A program made the position numbers and the translations under genes. From positions 1,860,001 to 1,924,000 of the forward strand of contig CM041465.1 of the NCBI GenBank assembly GCA_023213395.1: a stretch of DNA of 64,000 bases, read 5' to 3'. Below the pieces are notes generated by a model. It made no database searches, was not told where the DNA came from, and worked only from the letters and a program-made list of their open reading frames with translations. This stretch comes from Cycas panzhihuaensis (lineage: Eukaryota; Plantae; Cycadophyta). Of the stretch, positions 39,623 through 52,360 are shown in pieces (position 1 is the stretch's first letter; each line of letters opens with the position of its first letter).

Positions 39623-42600
39623 TGTTACAATAATGTTTTATCTAGATTAGTACCTTATATTATATAATTAATTAATGAGGGTTATATGGAAATCCCTCTT
39701 CATTGTAAGGTTGACACGTGGCTTACATGTAGTAAGTAGTTACTATTCTTTCCTTGTACTTATAGAGAGATCATCTTTCACATAATTAATGTACAATTCT
39801 TATTTTGTAAATGTTCTCTTCATAGTATCAGACCAAGAGTTTTGATAGGGATTTTTGAGACTAGAAAACTCTGGTGAGTCTCTATTTTTCATCAAGTCTC
39901 AAAGAAGATAGTAAAGAAGGGTGAAGACATAATTTTTTTTTTTTTTGAATAGGATGATCATGTACGGATTGTGTACGGAATCATATAGAACTATATAAAC
40001 TCAAAAAATCAAAGTGTCTAGATTTTGTTAAAATTTGACTAGCAGGAGCATTTTGGGATGTATTTCATCTTCTTCTAAAGACAAGACTCAAAATTTTGTC
40101 ATCTTGATGGTGTTTTACTTGTTTTTCAATAGTCCATAGGTTTGAAGACTTTTTTTAGGATATCTCTCAAAATACCATTCAATTCAGGTAAAATCAGTTT
40201 GTAAATCTCCCTTTATCTATGACAATTAATTTACATTTAATTTTGATGGGCTTCATTAAGGATTTGCGGAGTTTCAAATGATTTTTTGCTTAAAACACTA
40301 GTTGCATGCATACGATTTTGAGTAAGATTCAGAGTAGACCTAAGTAGATCTTCTAAAAATTTTTACATATGTAGAATCCTTGTCTCAATATCTTTCATTT
40401 ACACCTACTTTTACTTCATTTTGTATGACTATACTTTTGTACAAAATTTTATATAAATATACAACTAGTTAGACTCAAGACCTATAGGACATTTTGTTAA
40501 TTTCTATCTCTTTCAGTTTTTAAGGTGGCCTCCTCTATTCTTGGCTTAAGTGAACAAGATAAACTTACTACAATGAATTACCACGTCTAGAAGATTAAAA
40601 TTGAGAGTCTTCTAAGAGCAAAAAATGCCTGGGATATAGCTACATGGAATGAAAAAAGGCCTATTAATATTGCTTACCAACCTAACTGAGATGATGAGAA
40701 TAATTTAGGTGTAATAACTTTGAAATTGTCCATTTCAAGCTATTTATTAGTATATATTGAAGGAATGAATTCCTCTGAAAAAAATTTGAAAGGTGTATGC
40801 CAACCTTTACAATTAGAAAAATGAATCCACAATTATAGCATTAAAAGAAGAATTGTATAAACTACACATGACAAAGAAAGAGAGTGTTTCATAATTCATT
40901 CATAATGTCACATCTATTAAATATGATTTTGTTAGTGTTGGAGCAAACCTTTTAGCTTTGGGACTTATATAAATGATTATAAATAGATAATATAGTAAAT
41001 TCCATAACTAATAACAATTAAATTACAACAATGACTCTTGAGACTCTAACTGGACTTCTCAAATAAGAAGAAGAAATAAATAATATGAGGAAGAAATAGA
41101 AATTGAAAAAATATTATTGTTTAAGCTCAGTTTGGCATAAGAGGATGAGGACAACCTTCTTTTAGAGGTTGTACTTGGGAACCTGATACCAAAGATCAAC
41201 CTAAAGGAAGATGGCAAGATAAGAGAGGTAGAGGAAGGTCAACTCCACTAAGATACTTTAGAGTCTATTTCAATTGTGGAAGACTAGGGCACTTTTTGGG
41301 CAATTATCGAGATTTTGATATGTGCTACTATCATGGACAAGTAGGGCACTATCCTTGCTAGTGCTCTTAGAGACAAGCTAAAATCTAGAGAGGGAAACTA
41401 CCTACAAGAAACTATAGCAAAGAGCAAAGTAACCTTCATAGTTGCACTTGCCACTTGCATTAAAGATGAAGATGTTTGATGCATTGACTCTGGGGCTTCC
41501 AACCATATGACGTGATGAAGAGAATGGTTTAAATCTTTGAAGCCATACTATCTTAATAAATTAGTAGAATTAGGGAATAGATATTCCTTTCACATCCAAG
41601 GCATTAGGGTAATGGTAGTCAAAATCAAAAGAAAAGTGCTAAAATTTTGCAATGTTCTCTTCATCCCAAGCTTGAAGGAAAATGTTCTTTCAGTCTCCTA
41701 ACTTGGGAAGAAAAAACTAAGAACCATCTTTAATTAAAATGGATTCTTTCATGTCTTAGACATAAAAAAAGGAGGAATTGTAGTGGTAAGAGGCATAGAA
41801 AGCAATTATTTTTACAAACTGCTTTCTAATCCCATCACTTCAAAAAATAATGTAAAATCCTTTGTTGTTTCAAATACTGATAATAACAAGCTCTGGCATT
41901 TGAAGTATGGGCATATCTCATTTGATAGATTAGAATTATTAAAAAATTCTAATATGGTTAATGGACTTCCAGATATGTTGTTCCATTCCTTTGTTTACAA
42001 AAGTTGTTTGTTGTATAAATAATATAGATTTTTATTTCAAAAAGTATGTGGCATGCACAAAGTAAATTAGAACTAGTGCATTCTGATCTTTGTTGGCCTA
42101 TTGACCTAAGCTTACTCAATAGACCAAGATATTTTTTTACATTTATTGATGATTTCTTTAGAAAGGTCTAGGTACACTTTTTCTATAGCAAGTTTGAGAC
42201 GTTTGACAAATTCAAAGAATTTAAAGTTAAAGCTGAGCTAGAAACTGACAGTAAATTAAAATGTATCAGGTTTGATGGTGGAGGAGAATATACACTGAAT
42301 GATTTTTAGTATTATTTCAGAACTCATGAAATACATCGACAAATAACCACTCTTTACACACCTCAATCAAATGGTATAGCATAATGAATGAATAGAACCA
42401 TCATAGAAATGACTTGTAGTTTAATTTGGGATAGGTAAGTCCCAAAGATATATTGGGTAGAAGCTATAAATATAACAATTTATTTAATGAATAGAAATCT
42501 AACTTAAGCCTTAAATAAGGTAACTCCTAAAGAAGCATGAATAGGATATAAGCCTAATGTAAGTAATCTCAAAATTTTTGGATGTCAAACTTTTGTTCAT

Positions 42601-44786
42601 ATTTTTGATAAGAAAAGGTCCAAACTTGATTACAAGAGTATAATATGCATAATGGTAGACTATAATAAGAATTCCAAGGCATATAAATGCATAGACTCTA
42701 AAACAAATAGAGTTTATGTAAGCAAAGATGTCTTTAATTTACAAGATATCATTGGAAGTCAAGAAACATATTAGAAAATTGAAGTGTCCCCTAAAGAGTC
42801 TCCCATAGTTGTTTCTTCACCTAAGAATGTTTCGAGAATCATATATGATGACACAAAAATGGAATAAGAGTGCTCTAAAAGGGATGCCTCACCCATCAAA
42901 GAAATAAGTCCAGAAGAGGAAGAGGAAACTATGATAACTTTTAATAAAATACCTAGATGGTACCTTAAGACAATTGAAGAGGTTAAAGGTAATGTGTTTG
43001 ATCATAGAACTAGATCCTAGAAGCATCAGACACTATTTTTCTCAACTAAACCTTAATCATATGAGGAAGGAAGATAACATGATGAATGAAAATCAACAAT
43101 GCATACAAAATTGACAACTATTTCTGAAAACAAAACATGGGAATTAGTTGAACCACCTATTGACAAGCCAATTATCAATTGTAAATGGGTGTATAAGGTA
43201 AAAGAAAATTTTGACTAAAAAATAGAAAAATATAAAGCAAGATTGGGGGCCAAAGGTTATATTTAAATTACAAAAATAAACTATGAAAAAACCTTCTCTT
43301 GAGTGACAAAACTAAATACTGTAAGAATGGTTATTGCCTTAGTAGCACAACAAAATTGGAAAATATACCAACTTGACATAAAGAGTGCCTTTTTGAACAG
43401 AGACATCGAAGAAGAAGTATATATATAACATTATGAGGGATATGTTTAAAATAGCTAATAACATCTTATTTGCATATTATAAAAGGCCTTATATGGGTTA
43501 AAGTAAGCTCCAAAAGCTTGGTATGCTAAGTTATATAAATATCTCATACAAAACAATTTTTAGAAGTGTGAATTAAATCCTAGTCTATATGTAAAGATCA
43601 ACAAAAGATTGATCATCATAATTTTTATTTATATAGATGATATGGTTCTTATAGGTAGTGATACGGAGTCCATTATAGTTATAAAAACTCAACTGGAAAA
43701 AGGATTTTAAATGGTTGATTTAGGACTTATGAGTTATTATCTTGGTATAAAAGAAAAACAGAAGAAGGACTCATTCACCATATCACAAAATAAGTATACC
43801 AAGAATTTGATAAGGAAATTCAAGATGGAAGACTGCAATAGTTGTGAAACATTAATAGAGACAAGATATAATCTAACTCAAGACATAAAAGGAACACTAG
43901 TCAATGCAACTTTGTATAGAAAATTGATTCATAGTCTAATTTATCTTGTTGCCACTAGACCTGATATCTCATATTCTATTGGTGTAATATCCAAATATAT
44001 GCAAGATCCTAAAATGCCACACTATAAGATAGTAAAAAGAATACTTAGGTATCTGAAAGGCACCTCAAATCTGGAACTTACATATACGAAAAATGATGCA
44101 GGAAAGCTAGTTGGGTACTGTGACTAAGATTGTGTTGGAGATAGAGAAAATATGAAGTGAACTACTAGATATTATTTTTTTCTTAGCTCAACAACGATAT
44201 CTTGGAGTAGTAAAAACAACCAATTGTTGTATTATCATCTATAGAGGCCAAAGATAAATTAGCAATAAGTGCATATTGTGAAGCAGTATGGCTGAGATAA
44301 TTACTGACAAATCTGAATAAAAAACAGAATGACCCAATAACTCTTTGTTGTTGTAATCAAAGCATAATAAAATTAACAAAGAACTTTGTCTTTCATGCCT
44401 AAACTAAACACATTAAAATGCAACATCATTTTATCTGGAAAAAAGTCTAGAACAAAGAGATAGAGTTGATACACTATGCAACAAATGAGTAAGTTGCAGA
44501 CATCTTAACTAAATCTCTCATCAAAGACAAATTTTAATTTCTTAGAGATAAACTTGGTTTAAAATAAATAAAACATTAAGAGAGGGCATTAGAATAATGT
44601 TTTATCTAGATTAGTACCTTATATTATATAGTTAATTAATGAGGGTTATGTGGCAATCCCTCTTCATTATAATGTTGATAAGTGGCTTACATGTAGTAAG
44701 CAATTACTATTCTTTCCTTGTACTTATAGAGAGATCATCTCTTACATAATCAATGTATAATTCTCATTTTATAAATGTTCTCTTCA
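39623..44786 (+). mobile_element. Element J: full-length, heavily decayed Ty1/copia with 200-bp LTRs
   Basis: LTRs 39623-39822 and 44587-44786; PBS TAGTATCAGACC; PPT AAGAGAGGG; TSD GTAGG/GTAAA; two knuckles, protease IDSGASNHM, integrase, RT (43711-44127), RNase H. Confidence 0.93.
40570..44570 (+). pseudogene. pol: gag-pol of J, many stops
   Basis: ORFs 41783-42022 (LWHLKYGH, gag-pre-integrase) and 43711-44127 (DLGLMSYYLG..TRPDIS..KRILRYLKGT). Confidence 0.9.
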
Positions 44787-46516
44787 GTAAAATGAAAAAT
44801 ATCTTCATAACTTTATGTTGATGGTGTGGTCTAGGGGATTACAATGATGATCACTACTCGCAATAAAGCAAGGTGATAAATTTGGTTAAAGTTGAACTAT
44901 TAGAGAAATGCAATCATGAATCCATATCAACCTATGTTGTGTACATCAGAAGAATGAAGAAGCAAGAATATATGAACCCTAAAGAAGAAAAGATTCATAT
45001 TTAAGAAGAATAAGATATGATCAAAACATTACAATTTTAGTCATAAATAACCCTTGAAGAAACCTCAATACTGATCACCTAAATCCAAACTAGATATGCA
45101 TCATAAAAAATTGATGAGTCTATAACACTAAGGAAAACAAGTACACTCATGGATCAACAAACACAAATGGAAATTCTAGTAAAGTTAGAATTATTATTGG
45201 CATATGACTTAATGATTGCTCAAATAATGATCAATCAAGTACATGTGATGGCCGAAGGAGGGGTACAATCATAACTACTTATAATAATAATGGTGAAAGA
45301 CTTCCACATAGGCAAACTAACCATAAACAATCAAAGTGTAGATAACATTTTAAATGATTGATATGTTAGGGCATTAAAAGTAGATCAAGATGCAAAATTG
45401 GCCATCTAAAGAGTTGGTCAAATAGTTGACATGCATTGGTGGTTGAGAGAGAAAAATATTAAATGCTAGTTAAAGAAATTTAAGGAAGTTTGTTGCCCTT
45501 ATGTGGGCACTCCTAAAAATTTCCTAGGCCCTTACCTACTTATTTTATTTTAGCAAGTTATTCTCACAAGGTGAAGAGACAATAAGTTGCTGTTAGGTTA
45601 CATGATTTGATTTAACATGATGAACATTTTAGAGACTAATGGACAACATAAGTCCCGTTTATTAGAATAAAAGTATAGAATAATATAGTAACAACTTTTA
45701 GTCTAGTTGGGAATTGTTTAAGATTCAAAATGGTACCTTTTTGCAACTTCACAATTTTGTAATTTTGTAGCTTCACAAATTTTGGGTGATTAATCATTAA
45801 TGGAGATGTTGCGAGATTAGCAAAAGGAAAGAGAGATATGAGTGGGAAGTCTTAAGGCTTCTGGTCTTACATTTTTGGTGAAGAATAAAAAAATGATGGG
45901 GACAAAAGTCACAGAAGCTGTTAGGGCACTTTGTGATCAAGATAATAATACATAACAAAATACAAAGAGATTTGGAAGAACTCCAATAAATGGTATTGAT
46001 AAAGCATGATAATAAATGTGCATATTTGATTAGTATTTATATTAGCTTGAAAGAATTTTCTAAAAGGATGTAACCTTTCCCAACTAAACATTTATAAATC
46101 CTAATTAATTAATTTTAATATGTTAGTTCAAAATAAGTCCTCTCCCTTAAGATGCTTCATCCTCGAATATCATGGTCTGTAGCTTTGGAAACCATTCAAG
46201 AATTATTATTGGCTCTCATATTGCACCTTCCATTGATAGTTTCTTCCACTTAATGACTCCAAAACCATCTTGGTATGCAACTATTTATTACAGGCTTGTA
46301 ATATTTCTTCAAGAATGAGGATTAACTTCCCTTCTTTATCCAAGAGAGGATTCTTGGTCTACATGGGAGTGAATTCTCTAATATTCTTTTTTGTATATAA
46401 AACACACAAAACATTATGTGTTTGGTTGGATTTTAGAAGCTCCAAGGCATATGCAATGTTGTCAATCTTTTGTTTCACTTAATAAGGTCCATAGTGTTTA
46501 GGGCTTTGCCTTTCCC

Positions 46517-49500
46517 TATTAGATAATATGACAACAATGTTTTGGAGGCTAAAATTTTGACAGGTTGGTAGTGCAGTATCCCTCCTAAACTTCCGCGGGG
46601 GGTTCCAAGGGGGGTGGAAGCCCCCCTTGGCTAGGGGGGTGCAGGGGGTGTGGAACGCCCCCGGCAAAGAGGGGGTTCAAGGGCGATAGCCCCTGACCCA
46701 AAAAGCTAGCACTAAAAATCATACTAAGTTATAAAGAGAATCAAGGTCATTCACTGAAAATACCTTAGATTCTATGGTCAAGATTTGTGCCTTGTATGAC
46801 TCTATCATGTAGTCTGATTTAGGGTGTTTTTTCATTATATTGATTGTGTTTGATATATTGGATGTACTGTGAGGAGTTGGGTGGCTAGTTGTTGTTACTG
46901 TGAGCATTTTGCTACAGATTGTATATATTTCTCCATTCTTAATAATAAAGATCGATACCTTTCATGTGTGGATGTTTCCCTAGCACATTGCCAAGGTTTT
47001 ACCACATTATATCAGGTGTATATGTGATGCTTGGCTTTCTTATTTATTTTATTGTATTATCTCTGGTTTAAGAACTTGCATGTTAAATTTCAGTTTTGAT
47101 TCCTGTAACTAGTTACAAAATAGTTTAGATCTTGGTGGCAGTTTTAGGTTATTGGGACCTGGTCTTCTCAATAAGTGGTATCACAACCACTTTTATTTTT
47201 GTAGTGAGTTTGTGAAGGTTTTGGTGTTAGCTTTTTTTCTACACCAAATGGCAAAACTGGCAAATGCAAAGTTCAAGGTGGAGAAATTCAATGGCAAGAA
47301 CAAATTCGAGTTGTAGAAATTGAAAGCATATGATGTTCTTGTACAATAAGGTTTGTACAGATTTATTGTAAGCAAATCAAAGAAACCCATAGGGATGGAC
47401 GATGACAAATGGGATGATCTAGATAAAAGGGCTCTTAGCACAATATGATTATGCTTAGTAGATAAAGTTTTATTCAACATTGCAGGGGAGTAGACAATAA
47501 CAAGATTATGGACCCAGTTGGAAGGCTTGTATATGACCAAATCAATGACGAACTGAATCTACTTGAAGAGGTAACTTTACTCATTACAAATGAAAGAAGA
47601 TACAAAAATTGTTGACCATTTAAATATCTTTAATACTCTTATTTATCAGTTAGTTAGTATCAATGTTACAATTGAGGATGAGGACAAGGCTATTACCTTG
47701 TTATGTTCATTACCATAATCCTAGGATAATATTATCACTTCAATTAGTTTTAGCACTACAGATGAATTAGATTATGATTCTATTGTGAGTGCTTTGCTGA
47801 TAGAAGAAGTAAGGAGGAAGTCTAGTCTTGAAACCTCCACACCAGAAGCTATGACAATAAGGGGTAGAACAATTGAGAGAGGATAAATCTCTAGGGATAC
47901 ATTGAGGTCAAAGTCAAAATGCAAGAAGAGTAAGCTCAGATGTTGGTATTGTAATAAGATAGGTCACCTCAAGAAGGATTGCTACAAAAGGAAGGGGTTA
48001 TAGAAAAAGGAAGATCATGCCAAGGAGGCTAATCAGGTGTAGTCAAATCAAGGTACAGATGATGATGTATTGGTTACTTATAATGTTTTCCATTATCACC
48101 ATGATTAGTTATTAGATTCAAGTGCTTCACACCACATGTGTCCACACAAGAGTTGGTTCTCATCATACCAACCTCTTGATGGTGGTGATGTGCTTATGGG
48201 AAATGAAGTTTCTTGTAAGACAGTGGGTATTAGTAGCATCAAAATTAAAATGTTTGATGGTGTAGCGAGAACTTTAACTAAAGTTAGACATGTACCTAAT
48301 CTGAAAAGGAATATGATCTCCTTGGGTGAATTAGATTCTGGTGGTTATAAGTACACAGGTCATGAAGGAGTCTTAAAGGTGTCAAAGGGTGCCTTGGTTG
48401 TTATGAAAGCCTTAAAGAAAGGAAACCTTTACATTTTAGTGGGAAGTACAGATGTCAGCCACACATCTACAACATCAAAGACTGCAGAAGATCTAGCTCA
48501 ATTATGGCATTAGAGACTTGGGAACATGAGTGAGAGAGGACTTAAGATGCTGATGAACCATAAGTTACTTCCTAACTTACAACTTTCAGAATTAGATTTT
48601 TACAAACATTATATTTTTGGAAAGTAGTGTAGACTCAAGTTTAAAGTAAAGAGTCACACTAGTAAAGGTGTTATGGATTATATACATTTAGATATATAGG
48701 GACCAGCCCCTACAATATCTTATGAAGGATCATTATACTTTGTCACATTTATAAATGATTACTCCAGAAAGGTATGGGTCTATTTTTTGAAAAGGAAATC
48801 TGAAGTTTTTAGTGTGTTTAAACAGTTTAAGGCTCTAGTTGAGAAGAGCACTGGCAAGTTAATCAAATGTTTGAGAACTAACAATAGAGGTAAGTTCAAC
48901 TCCTTGGAGTTTGAAAACTATTGTAGAGAAGCTGGGATCAAAAGATATAAGACCATTAGCTATACTTCGCAGCAGAATGGAATAGCTGAGCACATGAATA
49001 TGACACTCTTGGAAAGAGCAAGAAGCATGCTAAGTAATGTAAGAGTGAAAAAGCTATCACTGAAAAGCAACTAAATTGTAAAGCATACTACATTGTAAAG
49101 AGAATCAAGGTCATTCGCTCAAAATACTCTAAATTCTATGGTCGATATTTGTTCCTTATATGACTCTATTATGTAGCCCGATTTAGGGTGTTTTTTCATT
49201 ATGTTGATTGTGTTCGATGTATTGGATGTACTGTGAGGAGTTGGGCAGCTAGTTGTTGTTGCCGTTAACATTGTGCTACAAATTGTGTACATTTCTCTAT
49301 TCTTGATAATAAAGATCGATACCTTTCTTGTGTGGATGTTTTCCTAGCACACTGCTAGGGTTTTACCATGCTATATTAGCTATATATGTGATTCTTAGCC
49401 TTCTTATTCATTTTATTGTATTATCTTTGGTTTAAGAACTTGCATGTTAAATTTTAGTTTCAACTCCTATAACTAGTTGTAAAATAGTTTAGATCTTGGT

Positions 49501-49537
49501 GGAAGTTTCATGTTATTGGGACCTTGTCTTCTCAACA
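46517..49537 (+). mobile_element. Element L: same Tork-like family as H, deleted from mid-integrase into the 3' LTR
   Basis: Perfect TSD TTCCC; 5' LTR 46517-47173; PBS AGTGGTATCACAACC; gag/protease/integrase 47248-49047 collinear with H; truncated 3' LTR 49048-49537. Confidence 0.93.
47248..49047 (+). pseudogene. pol: gag-protease-partial integrase of L
   Basis: ORFs 48136-48513 and 48787-49074 closely match H ORFs 30451-30924 and 30949-31824. Confidence 0.92.
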
Positions 49538-50087
49538 TTCCCTTCATGTTCCTTTGAGTGATGCTTATTTATATGCCTATAGGAGAACCTAGACATAATG
49601 TCCTTATGTAATTTCTTATTTTGTAAAATGCTTCTATAGTTTCTATTTCATCTAATTTTGAACTTCTATTAAAGGATTTTCTCTTACTAATCTTTCCATT
49701 TGATGGCAAGATACAACTTTGGTTTTTCCTAGTTGTTTTCCCTATAATGTGACAAGTTTTCCATCCTACTTATACCTCATGAATATTTCATCCAGATTGG
49801 TTTCAAATGTCCCAATTTTCCTTAACCATTAACTTTTAAGGATCACATTAGACCCATTGACACCTTCTATGTAGGAGTCCTTATTGATGACTTCATTTCC
49901 AATGTTGAGTTTGAGCTTCTTTAACACCCCCTAAACTAAGATGAATTTTCTTCCCCGTATTTCAATTTGAAACCTTGGAGTTTGTGTTGGGAAGAGTTTA
50001 AGATACTGCATTGCATACTTATCTATAAAATTGCTAGTAATTTACAAGTAAACCAAGAGTGTAATTGGTTGCTTCTTAATAAATCCA

Positions 50088-52360
50088 TGTAGTAACCAAT
50101 TATGTCTAATGTTCTCTTTTAATATTAGTTTATGTAACTTTATTATTATAAGATTCATTGAAAAGAGCAGTTATCTTTTCAATGAACCTCTCCACCTATT
50201 TATTCTCCTAGATTCTAGGAAGAAAAGTGCATGCTAAACAAAATGTAATAATTTGGTGAAGGCTACATGGAGATGATTATGAGGCTATAGACATGGTTCA
50301 ACTATGCATATTCTCAATTTTATAGAGAGAAGATAAGATCCTTCTATATCTATAATCTATAATCTATTTATTTATTAATATATTTATATTTTGAGGTGGT
50401 TTTTTAAATCTCTATTAGGGGGGTTTTTTCCACCTATCCAATATCTGTAAGCATTTGTATAATTATTATTTTTCTTATAAATTATTTAAATTAAATTACT
50501 TATTCTATTAATATTTAATCATAAATATTCCCTCTCTCCATCATGGTATTAGAGCAGGGTAGTTAACAAACTTAAAATAACATACAAAATTACAATAAAA
50601 TTTAAAACAACAAGATCTGCAAAATTTATAAGAACAAAAACTTATTAATTTTCATTACATAGCTAACACCAAATTTATTTATTTTTATATGCCTTGTAGG
50701 TCTAGCCTATTAAGATTACATACCGTCGAATACAAAATATCTTTGAAGATATTATATAAAAACGGGTTGATAAACCCTCTCTCAAAGATATTCTATGAAG
50801 ATTACTGACATGAAACCTTAGTAAAGGGAAAATCCTTCATCTAGCACAAGAAAATTATCTGAAACTACCTAGTACAACCTGGAGGAGATCTTTACAGGAC
50901 AAGCCATCTATGTGAAGCAGAAACCTCTAATATAACTTCATATTACAAGGACACCAGAAATCAATCTTGATGAATAAATTTGAAATGTCTGACTTAGGTC
51001 TTTTACACTATTTTCTAGGATTATAAATTTGTCAAACTAATTTTGAAATAATGATATCTCAACCTAAATATATTTTAGATTTAATCAAACGATTTAATAT
51101 GGAAAATGCTAAATCAGCTCCAAATCCTTTACAATTAGGTATTAAACAATCTACTGATTAATTCATACCACTTTGTGATCCAACAACATATCGACAACTC
51201 ATAAGTAGTCTCATTTATCTAACTCATACTTGTCCTGATATCTCCTATGCTGTTGCCTTATGCTCTAGATATATGCAAGATCCTTATGAGTCTCACTGGA
51301 AAGCAGCTAAATAAATTTTAAGATACCTACAATGTACAATATACTATGGCTTAACCTATAACTCTTGTAAAAATAACATAAAATTAACAGGTTATACAGA
51401 TTCAGATTGGACAAGAGACTCTGATGATCGCAAATCTACTGTTGGTTATGTTTTCTTTTTAGACTCTTCACCAATTACTTGGTCCAGTAAAAAGATACAA
51501 GCCTTAGCCTTATCCTCAACTGTAGCTGAATATCGAGCTCTTGTTGAAGCTAACAAAGAGTCACTCTAGATTAAATCTCTTTTAAATGGGCTTGGTTTAT
51601 TTTCTAACTCATCCATTGAACTTAATGTTGATAATCAAGGAGCCATATCTATTGCTACTAATCTAGTTGCTCATTCAAGGACAAAACATATGGAATTACA
51701 TCAACATTTTATACGTAACCTTGTAAATGATAAAACTATTCACTTGTCTTATTGTCCTACAGATGTACATATTGTAGATATTCTTACAAAGCATTAACTG
51801 AAGTAAAGTTTTTAAAGCTCAGAGATTTGTTGAAGATAAAAGTAGTCTCTATCAAAGGGGGATCAACATGCTAAAGAATTTTTCATCTTATTCATTTTTT
51901 ATTAAAAGATATCATTAAAGGGGGATGTTAAATAATATCTAATGTTCTCATTTAATGTAACTTTATTATTGTAAGATTCGTAAGGGTAGTTATCTTTTCA
52001 ACGAACCTCTCCACCTATTTATTCTCCTAGATTCTAGGAAGAAAAGTGCATGTTGAACAAAATGTAATAATTTGGTCAAGGTTGCATGGAGATGATTATG
52101 AGGTTACAAACATGGTCAATTGTACATATTCTCAATTTTATAGAAAGAGGATGAGATCTTTCTATATCTGTAATGTATAATCTATTTATTTACTAATATA
52201 TTTATATTCTGAAGTGGTTTTCTTAATCCCCATTAGGGGGTTTTTTCTACCTGTCTAATATCTATAAGCATTCGTATGATTATTATTTTTCTTGTAAATT
52301 ATTTAAATCAAATTACTTATTCTATTAATATTTAATCACAAATATTCCCTCTCTCTATCA
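50088..52360 (+). mobile_element. Element M: copia deletion derivative related to F (only RT C-terminus and RNase H kept)
   Basis: LTRs ~50088-50543 and 51926-52360; PBS TGGTATTAGAGC; PPT AAAGGGGGA; 50960-51870 collinear with F 24670-25580; flanked by a 68-bp duplication. Confidence 0.9.

Noticed and set aside
45800-45918. Possible start of an extra ORF in element A
   Set aside because: Short, contains stops, and shows no demonstrable similarity to the extra ORF of O.
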